NCBI GenBank assembly: GCA_041690295.1
Contig: JAWLHR010000028.1
Coordinates: 1 to 20,254, forward strand
Length of the DNA stretch: 20,254 bases
DNA from: Bdellovibrionales bacterium
Lineage (GTDB): Bacteria > Bdellovibrionota > Bdellovibrionia > Bdellovibrionales > UBA1609
Reading direction: 5' to 3'
This document shows, piece by piece, positions 16,975-20,254 of the stretch (its first letter is position 1; each line of letters begins with the position of its first letter). Under the pieces are notes generated by a model. That model saw only the letters and a list, made by a program, of their open reading frames with translations. It did no database searches and was not told where the DNA came from. A program made the position numbers and the translations under genes.

Positions 16975-18224
16975 AGGTCTGGCGGCTTAAAAAAGGCGCG
17001 GACGTGCGAGTCCGTCAGGGCCACCCGTGGGTGTTCGCCGGTGAACTGGCCCATTCGGCCAAGGAAATCACGCCCGGTGAACTGGTGGAGCTGCGTGATT
17101 CATCCAATCACTTCATCGCTTATGGGTATGCTCATCCCACTTCACAAATTTGTTTTCGAAAGCTCACTTCCCATTCCCGTGAAACGGACTTATTGAGCGT
17201 GGATTTTTTCTTGCGGCGGCTGCAGGCGGCCGCTGAGCACCGAATGGCTTCGGGCTTTAGTGAATTCTCCCATCGCTGGTTGAACGCCGAAGCGGACGAT
17301 GTGCCGGGCCTGGTGGTGGACCGCTTTTTAACCGACAAAAAGAATTGGATTGTGGTGGTTCAAGCTTCCACCGCGGGGATGGACCGGGCCTTGCCGAATC
17401 TTTTCGCCGCCCTTGAGGAACTGGGGACCCATTTGGGTGGCTTCACGGTCGTGGATTCACCGACCAGCCGGGCGCGAACGCTTGAAGGATTGTCCCTCGG
17501 TGAAAAGCGTGTGGTGATGGGTTCGGTCAAAGAAATTTACGATGCGGATTTGCGTTTCATCGACGGCGTTCGCCTGCGCGTGGATCTCGCGCACGGACAG
17601 AAAACCGGCTTTTTTCTGGATCAACAGTGGAACATCAAGCTGTTGAAAGGGGTCTTAAAGCATTACTTTAAGAGACCGTCCGAGCGAATTCGTATTCTTG
17701 ATATTTGTTGCTACGTGGGTCAGTGGGGCGCCCACAGCGCGGCCGCGCTGATGGCGGATGGTCGTGTATCGCAGGTCACGGCGGTGGACAGTTCGGAAGC
17801 GGCGCTCACTTTCGCTAAACATAATATTTCCCGTTACGCGAGTGAGGTGGAGTGTGTGCAGGGCGATGTGCTTGAAATGCTGGATCAGTTACCCCAGGAG
17901 CATTTTGATTTGGTGATTTGTGATCCGCCGGCTTTTGTTAAGAAGAAGGCCGATTTGGATCCGGGCTTAAGGGCTTATGTGAAGTTGAATCGGTCGGCTT
18001 TAAAGCTGTTAAAGCCCGGTGGAATTTTCGCCACCGCCAGTTGCTCGGGCCTGGTGAAAAAATCGGATTGGCGCTCGGTTCTCACCCAGGCCAGCTTGAA
18101 ATCGGGGCGAAGTTTCAAACAAATCTTCTTGGGCGGGCATGGACCCGATCACCCGTTGAAGCCGGAGTTTCCCGAGGGCGAGTATCTCAAATGCGTCATA
18201 GGGCGCGTGCAGCGCCCCAGCTAG
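16971..18224 (+). CDS. rlmI: 23S rRNA m5C1962 methyltransferase, RlmI family
   Basis: PUA-domain GHPWVF, plus EADDVPGLVVDRF, GQKTGFFLDQ, DLVICDPPAF, ASCS and PDHP...YLK. ATGA overlap with the upstream gene. Confidence 0.88.
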   Translation: MKVWRLKKGADVRVRQGHPWVFAGELAHSAKEITPGELVELRDSSNHFIAYGYAHPTSQICFRKLTSHSRETDLLSVDFFLRRLQAAAEHRMASGFSEFSHRWLNAEADDVPGLVVDRFLTDKKNWIVVVQASTAGMDRALPNLFAALEELGTHLGGFTVVDSPTSRARTLEGLSLGEKRVVMGSVKEIYDADLRFIDGVRLRVDLAHGQKTGFFLDQQWNIKLLKGVLKHYFKRPSERIRILDICCYVGQWGAHSAAALMADGRVSQVTAVDSSEAALTFAKHNISRYASEVECVQGDVLEMLDQLPQEHFDLVICDPPAFVKKKADLDPGLRAYVKLNRSALKLLKPGGIFATASCSGLVKKSDWRSVLTQASLKSGRSFKQIFLGGHGPDHPLKPEFPEGEYLKCVIGRVQRPS

Positions 18225-18240
18225 GGGCATAGGCCTTGCT
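18225..18240 (+). promoter_or_regulatory. Putative sigma54 promoter of the trehalase gene
   Basis: GGGCATAGGCCTTGCT fits GG-N10-GC with TTGCT. It sits in the intergenic gap about 35 nt before ATG18275. Confidence 0.5.
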
Positions 18241-18274
18241 TCGAAGGGCCTTATCGATTACCCGTGAGCCTTTA

Positions 18275-20008
18275 ATGTTAAAAAATCAGCGGTTCGGGGT
18301 CCGCATATTGGCCCCCGTATTGACATTATTTGTCGCACTTCCTGTAAGTGCCAAAGAGGCAACCTGCGAGCTTCTCCTGGTGCCCGATGTTTATAATCTA
18401 AACATCGTCGAGGGGCGCAGGCCTCAGCCGGTGGAGTACGCTCAGCCGCTGTCGTCGCCTGGAGTGAGCGACAGTTGGTTGAAGCTAGGCCGCCGGGCCG
18501 TGGCTTACCCTGATTTTAAATTTTTGGCCGATCTCATTCCCAATCGAATTTCCCAGCAGGAGCGGCGGGCGGTTATCCAAGACGCCAAAGTTTTTCGGCG
18601 CCGGATTTTTTCGCGATTGATTCAGTCGGGAATGACGGAGCGAAAGGCGGTGTCCCTCGCGCAAGCCGCCTATGCCCGCTACGTGATTCAGCATCTGTTC
18701 ACTTGGAAAGAAGAACTTAAGCCGCTTGCGGATCGCACTTATCCACGGCACCGCATTTCCCGCTGGGCGCGAGGATTGGATCAATCAAAAGTGAGCGCGG
18801 CTTTTGATTATGTGGATCGGACCTGGTCGGACCTGACGCGGGTTTCGCCTGAGTTTTCAAAGGGCAGTTTATTGCCAAGTCCGTTTCCCGTGATGATCGC
18901 CGGTGGACGGTTTCGAGAATCTTACTATTGGGACACTTATTTCGGCGCCCTCGGTTTGATCGAAACGGGCCGTCTGGATCTGGTGGCGGGCCAACTCGAA
19001 AACTTCCTGCACATGATTCAATTTTTTGGGCGGGTTCCCAACGGTTTTCGTGATTATTACCTGACCCGTTCGCAGCCGCCGGTGATCAGCCGCATGGCCC
19101 TTTTGGTGTTTGAAAATTCCAATCATCCGGAAAAACTCCGCTGGCTCAAAGAAAGAGTTTTTCCGATCTTACAGCACGACTATCACCGGTTTTGGATGAC
19201 TCATCGTTTGGATGAGGCCACGGGATTGAATTTTTACTCCGATGATCGAAACGAGCTCAGGCCTGAACGTCATGCCAATGATGATGAGCGTGAGTTGGGG
19301 GAAAGCTTTCGCGATGTGAGAGCCCAAGCGGAGTCCGGGCTCGACCACACCGATGCGTTGATGTACCGGACGGCGCGGGTGGCTTCCGTCAGTTTGAATG
19401 CCTTCCTCTACGGTTATGAAAACGATCTGGCGCGAATGGCGGAGCTGATCGGCGACGCGGCTTCAGCCCGGGTCTATCGGATGGCGGCCAACCGGAGAAA
19501 GATCGCCATGAACCGGCTGTTGTGGGATCGGGATTACGGGGTCTATCGCAATTTGGATCTGGATTCGGGGCGGATGACTCAAGTGATCCATGCCGATATG
19601 TTCGCCGCCCTTTATACCGGTGTGGCCAGTCCGGAGCAGGCGAGGAGTCTGCGGGACATCGCGCGGGCCATGCTGGAGCGTGAGGGTGGGTTGATGTCCT
19701 CAACCGTGCAAAGTGGGAAGCAGTGGGACGGAAATCATGGGTGGGCGCCCATTCATGTGATGGCCATTCAAGGCTTGGCGCGGTACGGGCTCAGGGAAGA
19801 TGCTCAGCGCCTGGCCCGCAAATGGGTCAATGCCCTGGCCGAGGTCCATGCGCAAACGGGGACCTTTTATGAGAAAATCGATGTTCTTCGGGTCTCACCG
19901 CCGTTTGAAGATGGCACCAAGTACCCGACGCAGACCGGGTTTTTATGGACCAACGCTTCATTTGTGTGGGCTTTAAAGTTCTTAGGTGTTGAATTCACGC
20001 CGCTTTAG
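18275..20008 (+). CDS. Secreted GH37 trehalase-family glycosidase
   Basis: Sec signal ending VSA-KE. Motifs [46 protein letters not shown] and QTGFLWTN. Confidence 0.92.
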   Translation: MLKNQRFGVRILAPVLTLFVALPVSAKEATCELLLVPDVYNLNIVEGRRPQPVEYAQPLSSPGVSDSWLKLGRRAVAYPDFKFLADLIPNRISQQERRAVIQDAKVFRRRIFSRLIQSGMTERKAVSLAQAAYARYVIQHLFTWKEELKPLADRTYPRHRISRWARGLDQSKVSAAFDYVDRTWSDLTRVSPEFSKGSLLPSPFPVMIAGGRFRESYYWDTYFGALGLIETGRLDLVAGQLENFLHMIQFFGRVPNGFRDYYLTRSQPPVISRMALLVFENSNHPEKLRWLKERVFPILQHDYHRFWMTHRLDEATGLNFYSDDRNELRPERHANDDERELGESFRDVRAQAESGLDHTDALMYRTARVASVSLNAFLYGYENDLARMAELIGDAASARVYRMAANRRKIAMNRLLWDRDYGVYRNLDLDSGRMTQVIHADMFAALYTGVASPEQARSLRDIARAMLEREGGLMSSTVQSGKQWDGNHGWAPIHVMAIQGLARYGLREDAQRLARKWVNALAEVHAQTGTFYEKIDVLRVSPPFEDGTKYPTQTGFLWTNASFVWALKFLGVEFTPL

Positions 20009-20036
20009 AGTAAAACTGTGGCCTTTCCAAAAACGA

Positions 20037-20113
20037 CGGGGCGTGGCGCAGCCTGGTAGCGCGTTTGCTTCGGGAGCAAAAGGTCGCTGGTTCGAATCCA
20101 GTCGCCCCGACCA
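20037..20113 (+). tRNA. tRNA-Pro(CGG)
   Basis: CGGGGCGTGGCGCAGCCTGGTAGCGCGTTTGCTTCGGGAGCAAAAGGTCGCTGGTTCGAATCCAGTCGCCCCGACCA: 77 nt, anticodon loop TT-CGG-GA, CCA encoded. Confidence 0.97.
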
Positions 20114-20124
20114 TCTTAATGTAG

Positions 20125-20227
20125 GGTCCATTCCGGACACATAGTTTACAGATTGGGTTCTCTTCGGTTCGTGGTGGGTCATTGTCAAAAATCAACTAAG
20201 CACAAGCATTTAGGTATCTAAGTCTAT
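20125..20227 (+). repeat. Right copy of the long inverted repeat (partner 164-288), starting with an IS481-like end GGTCCATTCCGGACACATAGTTTACA
   Basis: 101 of 103 bp are identical to the reverse complement of 164-288, apart from a 22-bp indel. Similarity stops after AGTCTAT at 20227. Confidence 0.95.
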
Positions 20228-20254
20228 AAAATTTAAAGCTTTTAACGCCGAAAG

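Noticed and set aside
375..20036. Whole block as a tRNA-integrated genomic island or prophage
   Set aside because: The repeats are inverted, not direct att duplications. Both tRNAs are complete and point outward. There is no integrase, and the cargo is housekeeping genes of uniform composition.
1..20254. CRISPR array or tandem repeat array
   Set aside because: No regularly spaced direct repeats were seen anywhere in the window.

Overview
Bacterial chromosomal window, roughly 55% GC by eye. A Bdellovibrionota-like host is inferred from the Cys-rich lipoproteins, sigma28/sigma54-type promoters and a bacterial MRP-type transporter; this is not proven. It holds 12 clear protein genes: an ABCC/MRP-like full ABC transporter, a hypothetical lipoprotein, a SAM methyltransferase, a CBM+GH16-fold lipoprotein, an RluA pseudouridine synthase, a histidine phosphatase, an NlpC/P60-like lipoprotein, acnA, kup, a Gcr/SpecificRecomb-family membrane protein, rlmI and a GH37 trehalase. 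The most striking structure is at the edges. Two outward-facing tRNA-Pro genes (GGG at 298-374 minus; CGG at 20037-20113 plus) are each followed, 9-11 bp past the CCA, by a near-identical ~100-bp sequence that begins with an IS481-like terminal repeat. The ~19.7-kb block is therefore bracketed by long inverted repeats, with no transposase or integrase inside. Other highlights are a GH16 domain that has lost all three catalytic acids (ExDxxE to SITVMH), a 23-aa leader ORF with a perfect SD ahead of the MRP gene, a sigma28-type promoter on the NlpC/P60 lipoprotein, and sigma54-type promoters on three exported proteins.
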